A program made the position numbers and the translations under genes. This document shows, one piece after another, positions 49,291 through 61,365 of a DNA stretch of 64,000 nt; the stretch's first letter is position 1, and each line of letters begins with the position of its first letter. The DNA comes from the human T2T-CHM13v2.0 reference genome, Homo sapiens. The stretch lies in assembly GCF_009914755.1 (NCBI RefSeq), contig NC_060932.1. The stretch is one strand, 5' to 3'. The notes below the pieces were generated by a model. That model was given only the letters and a program-made list of their open reading frames with translations, did not search any database and had not been told where the DNA came from.

Positions 49291-50397
49291 AGGAGGCTGT
49301 GCTTCATCAGGATGGCGCTGAGGGTTGCAACTCACGGGTTCCAGCGCCATCAGCCCCCACCATGCTCAGCCTGACTCAGGGCTGGGGGGGTCTCTCATGA
49401 CAATGTTTTTCTGAACTCTCCCCACCCAGACAGCCCTCCCAGGCCCTTGGAGCAGAGCCAGACTTAAATGTAGATGAAGGAGGCAGCCAGCGCCCACACA
49501 GCCTGCAACACGGTAGTATTTTTAGAGCTGCTCCTCCAATACTTCCCTTGACAGGAGGAGCTGGGGGATCAAGAGAGGAGTCAGGGTTTGTGGTGGGCCT
49601 GGCTTTGCTGTGTGGAGACTTCTCAGAGGCAGCACTCGCCCACTGCTGTCCTGTGAGGACAGGGCACGGGTACTTCATCACCCCATTCTACAGACGGGCA
49701 GGCTGAGGTCCAGAGAGGTTCTCCACCCTGGAAGTGGTGGAATCAGGATGCATGACAGGAGTTTCGGACTCCAAAGCCCCTGCGCATGGGCCAGCCCATC
49801 TGTCTCCAAAGAGTGGGAAAGTGCCATCATTCTGGCTACTTTGTGCAGGGTTAGGATAAGCCACATGTCCAGCGTTCCTGTGGCCATGCCTGCTGCCCTG
49901 AAGGCAAGGGTGGCCCTCAAGCGGGGGGCAGTGTAGCACAAGTGTTTCAGGAGAGCCACAGCCCCTCAGGACTTGTGACAGGGACATGGATGGCCTTGTC
50001 CTGAAGGCTTCCCTGACCCAGGCGACTCTCAGTCCTGATGTTACAAAATATCAAAAGGAAAGTTGAAAAAGTGCCCTTCTCTAGGGTCCACCACAGTCCA
50101 AATAAATTGGAATCCCCTGGTTGTCTTTATTTTTAGCTACACAGATGTTTATCCTGTGCAGCCATTCTCTGAGGTGCAAAACTTATTAATTATGGTAATA
50201 ATTGTGATACTGTGAATCAACAGTTGACAACCATTCGGGTCTCTTCAGTCTCTAAACACCCCTATATAAGCACCAGGGAGCTCCACTCTCCAATCTAAGT
50301 GGACTGGTATTGCCAGTGCCTGGCTTTCCTGAGAGGTAGAGAGGTGAGGGGTTCAAGCTGTCCTGGCATGAGGAGCATAGGGCTCCAAGACAGGGGC

Positions 50398-51220
50398 AGA
50401 TGGGGGGAGATGAGGAGATGGGGAGATGATGACATGGAGAGATGAGAACATGGAGAGATGGAGAGATGATGGAGAGGTGATGGGGAGATGGGAAGATGGG
50501 GAGATGATGGGGAGATGAAGAGATGGGGAGATGAAAAGATGGCGAGGTGGGGAGATGAGGAGATGTGGAGATGATGGGGAGATGGGGAGATGAAGGGGAG
50601 CTGAGCAGATGATAGGAAAATGGGGAGATAATGGGGAGATGATGAGGAGATAATGGAGAGATGATGAGGAGATGATGGGGAGATGAGGGGGAGATGAGGA
50701 GGTGATCGGGAGGTGATGGGGAGTTGATGGGGAGATGGGAAGATGATGCGGATATGATGAGGAGATGATGTGGAGATGATGTGGAGATGATGTGGAGATG
50801 ATGGGGAGATGATGAGGAGATGTTGGGGATATGATGGGGGAATGATGCGGAGATGATGGGGAGATGATGGGGAGATGATGAGGAGATGATGGGGAGATGG
50901 GGAGATGATGTGGAGATGATGGGGATATGATGAGGCATGATGCGGAGATGATGTGGAGATGATGAGGAGATGATGAGGAGTTGATGAGGAGACGATGGGG
51001 ATATGGGGAGATGATGGGGAGATGATGGGGATATGATGGGGGGATGATGGGGAGATGATGGAGAGATGGGGAGATGATGGAGAGATGGGGAAATGATGGG
51101 GAGATGATGAAGAGATGATGGGGAGATGGGGAGATGATGTGGAGATGATGGGGATATGATGAGGCATGATGTGGAGATGATGTGGAGGTGATGGGGAGAT
51201 GATGGGGAGATGATGGGTAG
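50398..51220 (+). repeat. (GGAGATGATGD)n ~11-bp satellite-like VNTR
   Basis: About 820 bp with few Cs on the plus strand. An ~80-bp block containing GAGGCATGAT recurs at a 229-bp offset (50932 and 51161). Confidence 0.95.
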
Positions 51221-51769
51221 ATGGGCCTCACCACTGCACTCTCCTCCCCTGATGTGTGATGTGGGAATATATTTCTATTTCCCTCTCATATCGTGGTTGA
51301 CTGAACTCAATGGCTGCTGAAGTGCTGTCCAGCTCGAACATCCTAGGATCATATAAGGGGGCGGGTGTGAATGAGTTTTATACACTCTGTGGTGCCCTGC
51401 AGCCACTGGCTGCTCTCTCGACCTACAAGGAGCTGATGCCCTGGGTGTGTGGGAGCTGGTGCTGGATTCCTCCTTGGGTAGTGGGTCTCCCTCCTCACTC
51501 TACCTGCCTCCTGGTGGGGCTAGGCTCTGGATCTCTGAACCGCCACTCCCTCCCCCAGCCTCAGTCCCTTGAATGCCACACAGACATTTGCCAAGCACTT
51601 CATTGCCCAGCAGGGTGGGTTAGGGGTCCCCAGGGCTGCAGGAAACAGAGGGTCCGACAAGGAAACGAAGCTGAAAGCAAAGGACACGGAGGAGGGGCAG
51701 GGGAGATGAGGGGAGGGGCAAGGCAGTTCCGAGGCTGAGATTGTCGGGATCCTTCTGCAGTCAGGATCT

Positions 51770-51880
51770 CCAGAATGACACATTTGTCAAAATTATGACC
51801 CAATTAGGCAGCGGTAACTGGTGTCTGCGACTGCCACGCACGTAATCGCTGGTAATATCACTTAGCGACGCACAGCTGAG
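51770..51880. promoter_or_regulatory. Candidate conserved enhancer
   Basis: TGACA-N4-TGTCA palindrome (51776-51789), AATTATGA, CAATTA, TAATC and several retained CpGs in unique sequence. Confidence 0.4.
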
Positions 51881-54839
51881 TGAGGAGGAAGGGCTGGGCT
51901 GCCGGAGGGGGAGAGGTATTTTTCTATCCCAGGCTCACTGAGGAGGGAGGGGAGCAGGTGACTCAGAGAGCTGGCTTCAGATGACACCCAAGCCCCATTT
52001 CTTCCACATGTGTTTTTGTCGCTGTTTTTGATGGGTTGGCTGGGATGACAAGCACCAATCCAAAATGTCCTTTGACTCAGTCCCTTTCTTTCTTTCGCCT
52101 CTGGACCACTGCAAGATGCCCCAAGGGGTCTCCAGGCGGGTGAGCGCACACACCTGGTGGTGCTGATAGTCCACTGCTGGGATGACCCCTGACCCTAGAC
52201 CCCATGTGCCCTGTCCCTCCCCCCACTTGCCCTCTCCCTCCTCTCCTGCTTCTGCTCCTGCCTCAGCCTCATGCCTTTGCATCTGCTGTGTCCTCTGGGA
52301 AGGGAGGTGACCTCCCCACTTCCTCCCCTCCACCTGACATTCACTAGCCCAGCTCAGCATCCTGTTGTCCATCCTTGTCACTCCTCTGTGGAGCTTTCCT
52401 CGACCCCCAGAGGGCCAGGGTCCCCGCCCACTCTCTACCTGCTTGGACCATGTCCATCACAGATTGATTCCTGTCCACGTCACTCCTGGTTTGGTTGATG
52501 GATGGCACCCCCCTCCCCACACCCCAGCGTGAATGGGAGCTTTGGGGAGCAGGGGTCCCGCTGCTCTGCTGTGTATGGGTCAGCAGACACTGCCGTGAGC
52601 AGAATCACCATGGTTGACCGTGTGAGGGGTGATCAGGCCCCGCCATCCGCAGACGGGGGCTGGCTTTCTCTCCGCACCTGCCTAATGCCTGCCCCCTGCG
52701 TCCCCCCATGGACCCCTCAACCCCAGGAACTCCAGGCCTTCTCCTCTGCCTCCTCTACTTCCCTCCTGGTCTCTTCCTGAGTCCCTGGGGTGGGGAGTGA
52801 GCCCAGGCAGGGCTTTAGAGGCTGCCTTTTTGCCTAAGGACCTGGCCACCATGAAAGAAGGAGGCCTCTGTGGGGGCTCTTGCTCTCCCAGGACTCCCCT
52901 CAGTATCTGAGATCATTTTTGGCCCACAGATAACTCCTTTCCCCCTGTGAGAGACCCTGGAAACTGCTTCTGATTTCAGAGGCTCTAGAAATCCCAGCTG
53001 TGTCCTTAAGGAGCTATTCAGGACCTGCTGGTGTCTGAGGTTTGTCGCTACACGGTCAGCCACCCTGGTCCCTGGGACGGCCTGGAGGGCTGGCCGGAAG
53101 AGGAGGCTGAGTCCTGGCTATGACCTGGGGAAGCGGGTGAGGGAGGGGTCTGTCCACGGCTGGGGTGGGGCCCCCACAGGCCCAGGCATGGCAGGACAGA
53201 TCCACCCTCGGACAACACTGGGGCCCCCCGCAGCAGCTGCAGGCCCTGAGGCAGGCAGAGCTCCTTAACTGGAGGACCTGGGGGTGGGAGAGGGTAGGGG
53301 CTTTTGCCCAGGGCCCTGGGAGCTCCAGGGACGGAGGCTGCACTGCATGGGGCCAGGGAGACTCAGGGGAACCCCTCTGCCTCCAAGTCTAAAGCAGGGC
53401 TGCCCTGCCACCAGCCAAACAGTATTTTTGGCTCTGTGGACCACCCGGTCTCTGTTGGAATCCTCAGCTCTGCCTGGCAGCATGAAAGCAGCCTGGACAA
53501 TATGTCAGCGAATGTGCAGGATTGTGTCCCTAGATGCTTACTTACAGACTTGATTGTATTTTAAACGTTGATTTACCACATCCCAGGCAATGTGGCTTCG
53601 TAATACATCTCCCATTTGTGTGGCTTTTCTACCTCCCTGGAGGATTTTTAAAGCACCTATTGTCCCATTTGAACACTAAGCGACCTTGGGAAGGAGTTGG
53701 ACCTGGGCTCATTTTTTTCCCAGATGAAGAGGTGGGCTGGGCTTTCCCCAGGCTGAGTGTGAGCCCAAGGCAGGGCCAGGCTAGGATGGGGTCTCCGGCC
53801 CAGAGCGTCCCACCTGCTCCAGGCCCTGAGGCCTGCCCTCTAAGCTGGGCCCTTCCTTGCCTGATATTGCCCTGTCCCCAAAGACAGAGTCAGCGAGGGG
53901 TGGCCCCCATCGATGTTGGCCAGGTTCTGGGGGGAGGAAGGAAGATTAATTAGTTCTCGTTATCCTGGGAGTCAATTTGCAGGCATTCAATAAGAGCTCT
54001 ATCTGAGAAGATTGTTGACAAATTGGAGGAGATTCAAACCAAGCAGCGCTGGGTCCTGAGGGATGGAGTGTGAGCGGTGAGGGAAGGGCGGATCTAGCCG
54101 CAGCTCCGTGTGACAGGGCTTGGTGAGTGGGAGGGCAGTGACCAGGCATCTGCAAGCACCCCCGGTGCCCCGCTGGAGGAGACCACCTTGTCCCTATTTG
54201 CAGGAGAGCACAACGAGTCTCCTGGAGGCTGAGGAACTTGACCAAGTGCACAGAGGGGCAGTGGCAGCAGAGGAGTTGGGACCGGAGGCCTTGCCTGCCT
54301 AGTCCTGTCCCACGTTGCCTGGGTCATCCCGGGGCAGGTCCACCTCCGTCAGGGCCCAGGCCCCTCAGAGCAGCGTCCCACCCCCAGGGAGGTCAGAAAA
54401 GACTGCCAGATCTTAGCAGAAAGTCCACTCCATGCTTGGAGTCAGCCATTGGCAGCCCTAGGGTCCTGAGCGAGCCCCCATCTTCCAGGCCTCGCTCCCT
54501 GTGCTCAGCACATGATACCTGTGGAGCGCATGGCCGGCAGCTGGTGAGGGCGAGGGCCCCGCTCTGGGCCTCATTTCTACCCTCTGCAGACAGGAAGAAT
54601 TGGCAATCCAACCCTCCTCCCACCCAGGTTGTAAATGCTGCTTGGATGGACCTGGGGTCAGGGAGGGCCAACTGAGCCCTAAGCTGGGCTTTGGAGGGTC
54701 AGTGGAGTGGACGGGACGGTGTGGGGCGAGGGTCAGAGGGCAGCATGAGCGGGAAGTGGGGTGGGCTGGATTGGGGGGCAGGTCGTTGTGTAGGGGAAAC
54801 TCGGGACCCTTAAGCTGCGCCTCGGCGGCCTCCCCTCTC

Positions 54840-55135
54840 ACGAGCTCTCTGATTGGCAGGTGGGAGCCTCGGCATCCCGGGGACCTGCCAATTCCCTCGG
54901 GCCGCGGGGCCGGCCCAGCCCAGCAGAGCTGTCTGCCTGGTGTGAAAATGAAGATTGATCATCGTGGAAAGGCAGCCCCGGCTCTCCAGAGCCAGCCGGG
55001 AGTTGCAGAAATACAGAGCTTCATTATTATTTTAAGTGTTACTCAGCTGCTTTATTGAATTCTCCAAGTCAGGAAAAATTCTGGCGAGATAAGAAGTTGA
55101 CATTTTCAGAAGCGGCAGTGAGAACTGTGCGGGCG
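54840..55135. promoter_or_regulatory. Candidate conserved enhancer
   Basis: CpG-retaining GC block (GATTGG, GCCAAT) followed by an AT-rich block with TGATCAAT (minus strand, PBX-HOX type), CATTATTA, TAAGTG, TTTATTG and AGATAAG. Confidence 0.4.
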
Positions 55136-55339
55136 GCGAGGACAGAGCAGAGCCTGCTTGGCATGAGAGTGTCTCAGCCCACCGCCCGCCACCCGCAGCC
55201 CCACGCACACATGCAGGCTCTTGCTGACTCAGAGATCAGGGTGGCTTAGCCAGCCTCGACGGACAGCCAGCCCAGAGGAAGGCAGTCTCAGCAGAGAAAG
55301 TCCAGCTGCTGCCTGTCCCTCCCTTCCTCTCTCCATGTC

Positions 55340-55700
55340 TCTCTCCCTTGCTTTGTTGAGCAACTACTATGTGCCAGGCCTGGGGCATGGACTAGCTTGA
55401 AGATGCCATCCTTTCTCTACTTAGCCTCAGTGTGATGGTGGGCACCACAGCAGGTCATTGCTTGTGGTGATACAAGTGTGCCTGAGTGACAGCAGAGGAC
55501 AGGTACAGGGCCCCGGGGAGGGGCATCACCTCCCCAGCTCAGCGTGGCTCATGGTCCTCCTGCTCACCCCTGGTGTGCAGAGATGCTTAGCAGTTATGTG
55601 TGAAGTGCAGGATGGAAGAGCATGGTAAGGGAAGAGGGTGTCTCTGGAGGGGCTGTGAGAAGAAGTTGCCATTCTGGTCTTGAGGGGGTGTGGGTTTCCT
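55340..55700 (-). mobile_element. L2 3' fragment
   Basis: TTGTTGAGCAACTACTATGTGCCAGGCC...GTGGTGATACAAGTG. Confidence 0.55.
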
Positions 55701-57574
55701 TGGAGAGCACCTAGGAGGTCGCTCTGCAAAGGTACTGGCTGGACAAAGGCTCCTCACTGATGGCCAGGCTGGTGCGGAGGGAGGGCAGAGGATGAGGCGG
55801 AGGATGGGGGTGAAGGCCTCTCCGTCTCTCTGGTTCCTCCTCCTCCCTTGCGCCCAGAGCCGCAGCCAGTCCCCAGCCTGCTGTGCTCAGTTCCCTGCCC
55901 TGTGTGCCTGGCCCTCCAGGCAAATTGGTCCTGGTCCCTGTCCTGGGCCAGGCCACACAGCACAAGATGATGCACCCAGCTCCTCCTTCCAGGGACTTGC
56001 CGTCCAATCATGAGAACAAACACACGTGTGCACAGAGCCAGGCCTGGGGTGTCTGTGTGCCTTGGGGGCTTTGTATGGACATGGAGCCTGGGAGAGCCTG
56101 GGAGGACCTGGAGGGGCTGGGGACCAGGGAAACTGGGGGAACTGGCTCCAGCCCAGCTGGGGCCCAGGAACAGGCCTGGGAGGGTGGTGACTCCCAGAGC
56201 CACGTGCTTGTACAAGTGGACAGTCACCCGGTGGTGTGGGGCCAATATGCACATGGGTTTAGGGAGTGATTGTTACTGCTGTCATGCCTTTTTCTAAGGG
56301 GAATGAATTCATTCCCTGGATACGTATGTTCTGAGCCCCCTGCTCCATGCAGGAATGCTGGACAGGCAGGGGCCTTGGCATAGACTGACCCTGTTGGAGT
56401 CCCGACGACTCACCCCCCAAGCCTCGGGGGTGCGCTCTCCCTCCCACTGCCTGCTCCAGTCTGAGCCTCTTACCTGGGGAACCCCGGCTCCCTGTGACCC
56501 CAGCAGGCCCTTCACACCGCAGCTCTGGGTGGGACTTGCTCTCAGGATTCTTCACCCCTTTCCGTCTAAGGCTTGTCCCTGTGTTTGGATTCCTCAGTGC
56601 CTCCCTGGGATCTGCCCAGCCCCCCTTCCTTCCCGGGGGCCTCTCAACCTCCAGGGCTTCATCCCCCACCACTCCCATCTCCGTGGTGTCTGCCCTAACC
56701 TGGGTGGTCACCCCCCTACTCTTCTCTCTGGGTGTTGGTTCCATGTCTGCCTCCCCCATCATACTAACTCCATGAGGACAGGGGCCTCGGATGCCTTGAA
56801 GGCCGACACTAAGTGTTCAGAGTGTGCCGAGAATCCAAATGGGTCATTTACCCACTACTCACTGGGACCCCATCAGGCTGAGGCTATTATCCCCGCCTGA
56901 TGGCTGATGGACGTTAACCTCGAGGCTCATGTGAACTCACACAACCAGGCCTGCCTGAGCCCAGAAGGAACCTCTTGATCACTGTGCCCACTACGCTGTG
57001 TTGGTGGAAGTAATGCTGTCCTTCCCCTGTGGGTCTCGAGGTGATGGGGGCAAGCCCAGGAGCAGGGGACGATAGGGCAGTGTGGGAGGAAGGAGGGGTC
57101 ACTGGAAGTGAGTCTTGACCACCAGGAGGCAAGTGTGGGAGGAAGAAGGAGCTGTAGTCAATCCAGGACGCCTGCATGGAGGGGGTGAGTGTGTGGGGGC
57201 AACAAAGGGTAGGCCACGGAGTGGGGATGGCATGGGAGATAGTGGGGGTTGTTGGTTCCCAGTGCCGTCCTCATGTTGTTTCCTGAGTCACCCCTGGGAA
57301 TCAGGTGTGACGTTCTGCAAATAATATACATTATGTCATTTAATCCTCCCAAAACCCCAAGGCCTCTGGGGTCCCCATGACCTTTTTCAGGGAACACACA
57401 AGGTCCTGGGATTTTTTCATCAACTTCAACCAAAGCTACACGTGGCAATAGGCTGAACACAGGGCAGACCTGAGATTCCAGTGGCTGCTATTCAGAAAGA
57501 TCAGCAACAATGCAGCACTGATCCTGCTTCTCACTTTTTTTTTTTTTTTTGGCGGGGTCATGGGGGGTGGTTTA

Positions 57575-57770
57575 GAAAACACAGCTTCATAAAAACATGT
57601 TATATGCATCAATATGTAATTTTCAAATGAGTTACATTTTTAATGTATATTTTGTTTCTAACACCATCAACATGGATAAATAAAACCTACACAAACAAAT
57701 GCTTTCGGAGGTGCTTGCTAATTTCGAGGATGTGAAGGGGTCCCGCCCAAACAAAGTAGGACCCAAGTGC
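57575..57770 (+). mobile_element. hAT-Charlie-type DNA transposon terminal fragment
   Basis: ATAAATAAAACCTACACAAACAAATGCTTTCGGAGGT...AATTTCGAGGATGTGAAGGGGTCC resembles a Charlie 3' terminus. AT-rich. Confidence 0.45.
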
Positions 57771-58688
57771 AGAAGCAAGCCCTGTGGTGGCCCTGGGGGT
57801 TGGGTGGGGGACCAAAGAGCTGGGCTGCCATCTGCCCACTTCACTTCACATGTGGTTTTTTCAGTAGGGGATGGGAGCTCTGGGCTCCCCCAGCAGCAGA
57901 GCCGTGAGGAGTGGGGACAGAGGTACCTGGAGGCTGGCAAGAGGCTGGACGGGAGCGATGGCGGGGACAGAGGAAAACCCATGCTGCAGAGCTTTTCAGA
58001 GGGAGGATGGAAGGCCTGGGTGTGGGTGGGTGGGGACCATGTCAGCCAGGGTGCTGACTGCCCCGGTCCCGACACGCCCCTAGATTTCCCCTAGGGTCTG
58101 AAGCAGGAAGGAGCTGCCCAGCCCAGTGAGCTGGAACCCGCAGGACTCTGGAGGCATGGCTTGGTCCCTCTGCAGAAGCTCAGAAAGGGAGGTGTCATCT
58201 GCCCCAGCAGAACTGAGGGCCCGGGAAGTGGGAGGCCCACTCCTGCTGCTGATGGCTCCAGAGATAATCTCCCCCGGATATTGACAACGCAGGCTTCAGG
58301 GATTTTAATATCATGGCTCCATGGGGACACTGTGATGTCTGCTGTTACTAAGCGGCTCAGCATCTGAAGCCTGGGTGTGGGAGGGACCAACTCAGCCACC
58401 CATCTGCGCTTCTTATAGCGGTGCACTCACTCATTCACTGACTCATTCATCCGTCCCGTCCCTCTTTACCCACACACCCACCCATCCTTTCAGCCACTCA
58501 TTCAACCGTCTACCTGCCCCTTCATGTATTCATTTATCCACATGCCCACCTGCCTGTCCACCTTATCATCTAACAAGGTTAGAAGCATCTACTATGTGCC
58601 AGGGCACCAGTCTAGAGAGACAAAGATGACTTGTGCATATTCCTTACATGCGAGGAGCTGGAAAGTCAAGTAAGGGAGATGCTGCTAC

Positions 58689-59163
58689 TGATGGTGGTGG
58701 TGATGGTGGTGATGGTGATGGTGATGATGGTGGTGGTGGTGGTGGTGATGGTGGTGATGGTGATGGTGGTGATGGTGGTGGTGGTGATGGTGATGGTGGT
58801 GATGATGGTGGTGGTGGTGGTGATGATGGTGGTGGTGGTGATGGTGATGGTGATGATGGTGATGGTGATGGTGGTGGTGGTGATGATGGTGGTGGTGATG
58901 GTGATGGTGATGGTGATGATGGTGATGGTGGTGGTGGTGATAGTGATGGTGATGATGATGGTAGTGGTGATGACGGTAGTGGTGATGGTGACAGTGGTGG
59001 TGGTGGTGGTGATGATGGTGGTGGTTATGATGGTGGTGATGATGGTGATGGTGATGGTGGTGATGATGGTGATGGTGATGATGATGGTGATGGTAGTGAT
59101 GATGGTGATGGTGATGATGATGGTGATGGTGATGGTGGTGATGGTGGTGATGGTGGTGGTGAT
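58689..59163 (+). repeat. (GAT/GGT)n triplet array
   Basis: About 475 bp of ATG/GTG triplets. It is the reverse-complement class of 2354-3440. Confidence 0.97.
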
Positions 59164-59179
59164 GTTGCTGACAGCAGTA

Positions 59180-59330
59180 GTAATTAACATTTTTTGAGCA
59201 CACGACATCTGCCAGGTAGTATTCTAAGTCTTCTGCAAGGCTTGAACAGGTCTACCAAAAGCCACATTTTAGCTGAAGATACTGAGACATGGAGAGGTTG
59301 AATAATTTCTCCAAGGTAACACAGACATTG
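59180..59330 (-). mobile_element. MIR
   Basis: TAACATTTTTTGAGCAC...TGCCAGG...CATTTTAGCTGAAGATACTGAGACATGGAGAGGTTGAATAATTTCTCCAAGGTAACACAG. Confidence 0.8.
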
Positions 59331-60699
59331 AATGACTGAGAGGAGTGTCTACCGACTGTTAGATAAGAGCGCCTGGCTGCCCATTATGACACAGTCAGCA
59401 GTGGTCATGGTGGAGATCTGGGTAACTGGGTAGGCTCTCACAGGGGAGAGAAGCCAGCTCTGCCAGGGGCTATCCGGGAAGACCTCACAGAAGAGGTGAC
59501 ATTTAGCTGGAACTTGAGGATGGAATAAGAAATTGGCAGAAAGAGGAAGGGGAAAACATTATAGGAGGTAGAAGGAAGATGGTGCAGAGATGCACAGGGG
59601 CGCTGGGGAAGGAGCTAGTAGTTCAGAGGGTGGAGGGCCCAGGGGAAGTGTGGGAATCTGAAAGTCAATGTGTTGCAACCCCGGGAGGACTGTGAGTGTC
59701 CTGCTAGGTCTCAAAATGCAGTTTCCCATGCCTCCTGCCCAGGGGCTGGGCAAACCCTCTCTGGGCCTGGGCTTCTGTGTCTGGTTGGTGGTGATAGGCT
59801 TATGCAGGGGCCATGGCAAGTGTCCAGGAAGTGCTGGTGTCCTCGTGCTTCAGGGAGGTTGGAGGAGCTGCTGGGAGAGTGGTTAGTGGTGGGGCTGGTC
59901 ACAGGCAAGGCCAGCTAGATCCCAGCAAGCGGTCTGGCTATGGAGGGTGGCCATCTGGCTTCATAGAGGGCAGAGCCACACCAGCACTTGTGATAAAACA
60001 GGGGCCAGACAGAAGAGGACAATGTCCAGACCATCCAGGGATAGTGCTGAGAGAGACAGCTGGGTGGGGAAGGGATGTGACCCTCTTGGATCCAGACCTC
60101 AGTCATGCATGTTGTATTGGGCAGGCACTGCTGCCTCAAGGGTCCACTGGCACTGCCTGTTTGGAGAAGGTCTTTGTGGGAGTCGAGAGGCTGGGGTTGA
60201 GCCCTGCTGACCTGGGCCAGGCCAGAACTCCCTCTGGGCCTTGACTTCCTCATCTCTAACACTGGGTTGCCAGATCCACATTTGGCCTCCTGTGGGGCTG
60301 CTGGGAGGGTCTGTGTGAGCTGTATGAGCAGCTGTTTCCTTCATGGGGGACATCACCCTGGCTTTCCCAGGGTGCAGATGCACCAGATCCCTCTCCATCT
60401 TGAGTGGCCCCCTCGCCCCCATCTTCATGCCTCAATTTGCTCATCTGTTAAATGACAGACTCACCCTCCAAGGACTCCAGCTCTTTCTGTGTCTCTCAGA
60501 GGTACACAGAGCTAGCATTGCCACCTCCTTTGTGCAGAGAGGGGCACTGAGATCCCGCTGGGTGAAGTCCTTCACGCAAGATCCCATGAGTGGCTCAGAA
60601 GAGCTTGGTCTGGAAGCTGGGGCGGTGGGGGGGGGTGGCCTGAATCCACTCCAGGGTTCTTGCTACCAGCCATGGAGAAGGAAGACAGGAAGGTGCCTT

Positions 60700-60910
60700 A
60701 GAAAATGATCCGTGGCTCCCCAGACAGAGGGAGTATTGACACGGTTATTTTTAGCATTATTAAAATCAGTCTGTTTTGCTCCTTTTTTTCTCTCCTCACC
60801 CTGGCTCAGTCTTCGCCTCTGGATTGAGTGTGTGTTCGCGTGTCCGGGCCAGGGCGCTGGGGGAGCTGCTGCAATCAAAATGGTAATGAGACCCTGATTG
60901 TGTCTCTCAA
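60700..60910. promoter_or_regulatory. Candidate conserved enhancer
   Basis: MEF2-type TTATTTTTAG (60745-60754), CATTATTAAAATC, TTGACA, TAATGAG and TGATTG in unique sequence. Confidence 0.35.
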
Positions 60911-61129
60911 CGCCTTGCTTCTTCCATGCCTCTGCCTGCCCCCAAATGTCGCCTGGTCTTTGTGGCGCCCTGGGGAGCAGCACCAGCGTTCTTTGAAAAT
61001 GAGACCTCAGCTCAGTGCTCCATAGAAACAGCCTCTGGGAACCTTGGAGAACTTGGGACCTGGCCCTGCCTATGGGCGATCCTTGCTGAGGATCCTCCTC
61101 CTTCCTACTGCTGGGGCAGTACCAGGACT

Positions 61130-61185
61130 ACTGTCCATGGTGCTGGACGGTCTCACCACTGTCCATGGTGCTGGACGGTCTCACC
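61130..61185. repeat. Perfect 28-bp tandem duplication
   Basis: ACTGTCCATGGTGCTGGACGGTCTCACC x2. Confidence 0.95.
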
Positions 61186-61227
61186 CTGGTCCCCCAGACT
61201 CAGGCGGTCGGAGGCGATGTGGGGATG

Positions 61228-61365
61228 GACAGAGTCTGTGTCTGAGGAGGAAGGCCTGGGGCCCACGGGGTGAGGGACAGCCTGGTTAGGGGAAAGACAG
61301 GGTCTGTGTCTGAAGAGGAAGGCATGGGGAGCCCAGAGGAGGCAGCCGGGTTAGGGGAAGGACAG
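61228..61365. repeat. Diverged ~66-bp tandem duplication
   Basis: GACAG(A/G)GTCTGTGTCTGA(G/A)GAGGAAGGC...GGTTAGGGGAA units start at 61228 and 61296. Confidence 0.8.

Larger units (their letters stand above)
58420..59700 (-). mobile_element. L2 fragment interrupted by MIR and triplet array
   Basis: Decayed (CATT/CCAT) tail 58420-58570, then GCATCTACTATGTGCCAGG. Resumes at ~59380 with GGGAAGACCTCACAGAAGAGGTGACATTTAGCTG. Confidence 0.65.

Noticed and set aside
50252-51234. Three Pro/His/Ser/Ile-rich minus-strand ORFs
   Set aside because: All three frames are open because of the 11-mer repeat composition.
54185-54302. Possible exon after CCCTATTTGCAG encoding ESTTSLLEAEELDQVH
   Set aside because: Isolated acceptor-like site with no convincing donor or partner exons and no recognisable protein similarity.
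58631-59208. Four overlapping low-complexity ORFs
   Set aside because: Translations of the (GAT/GGT)n array.
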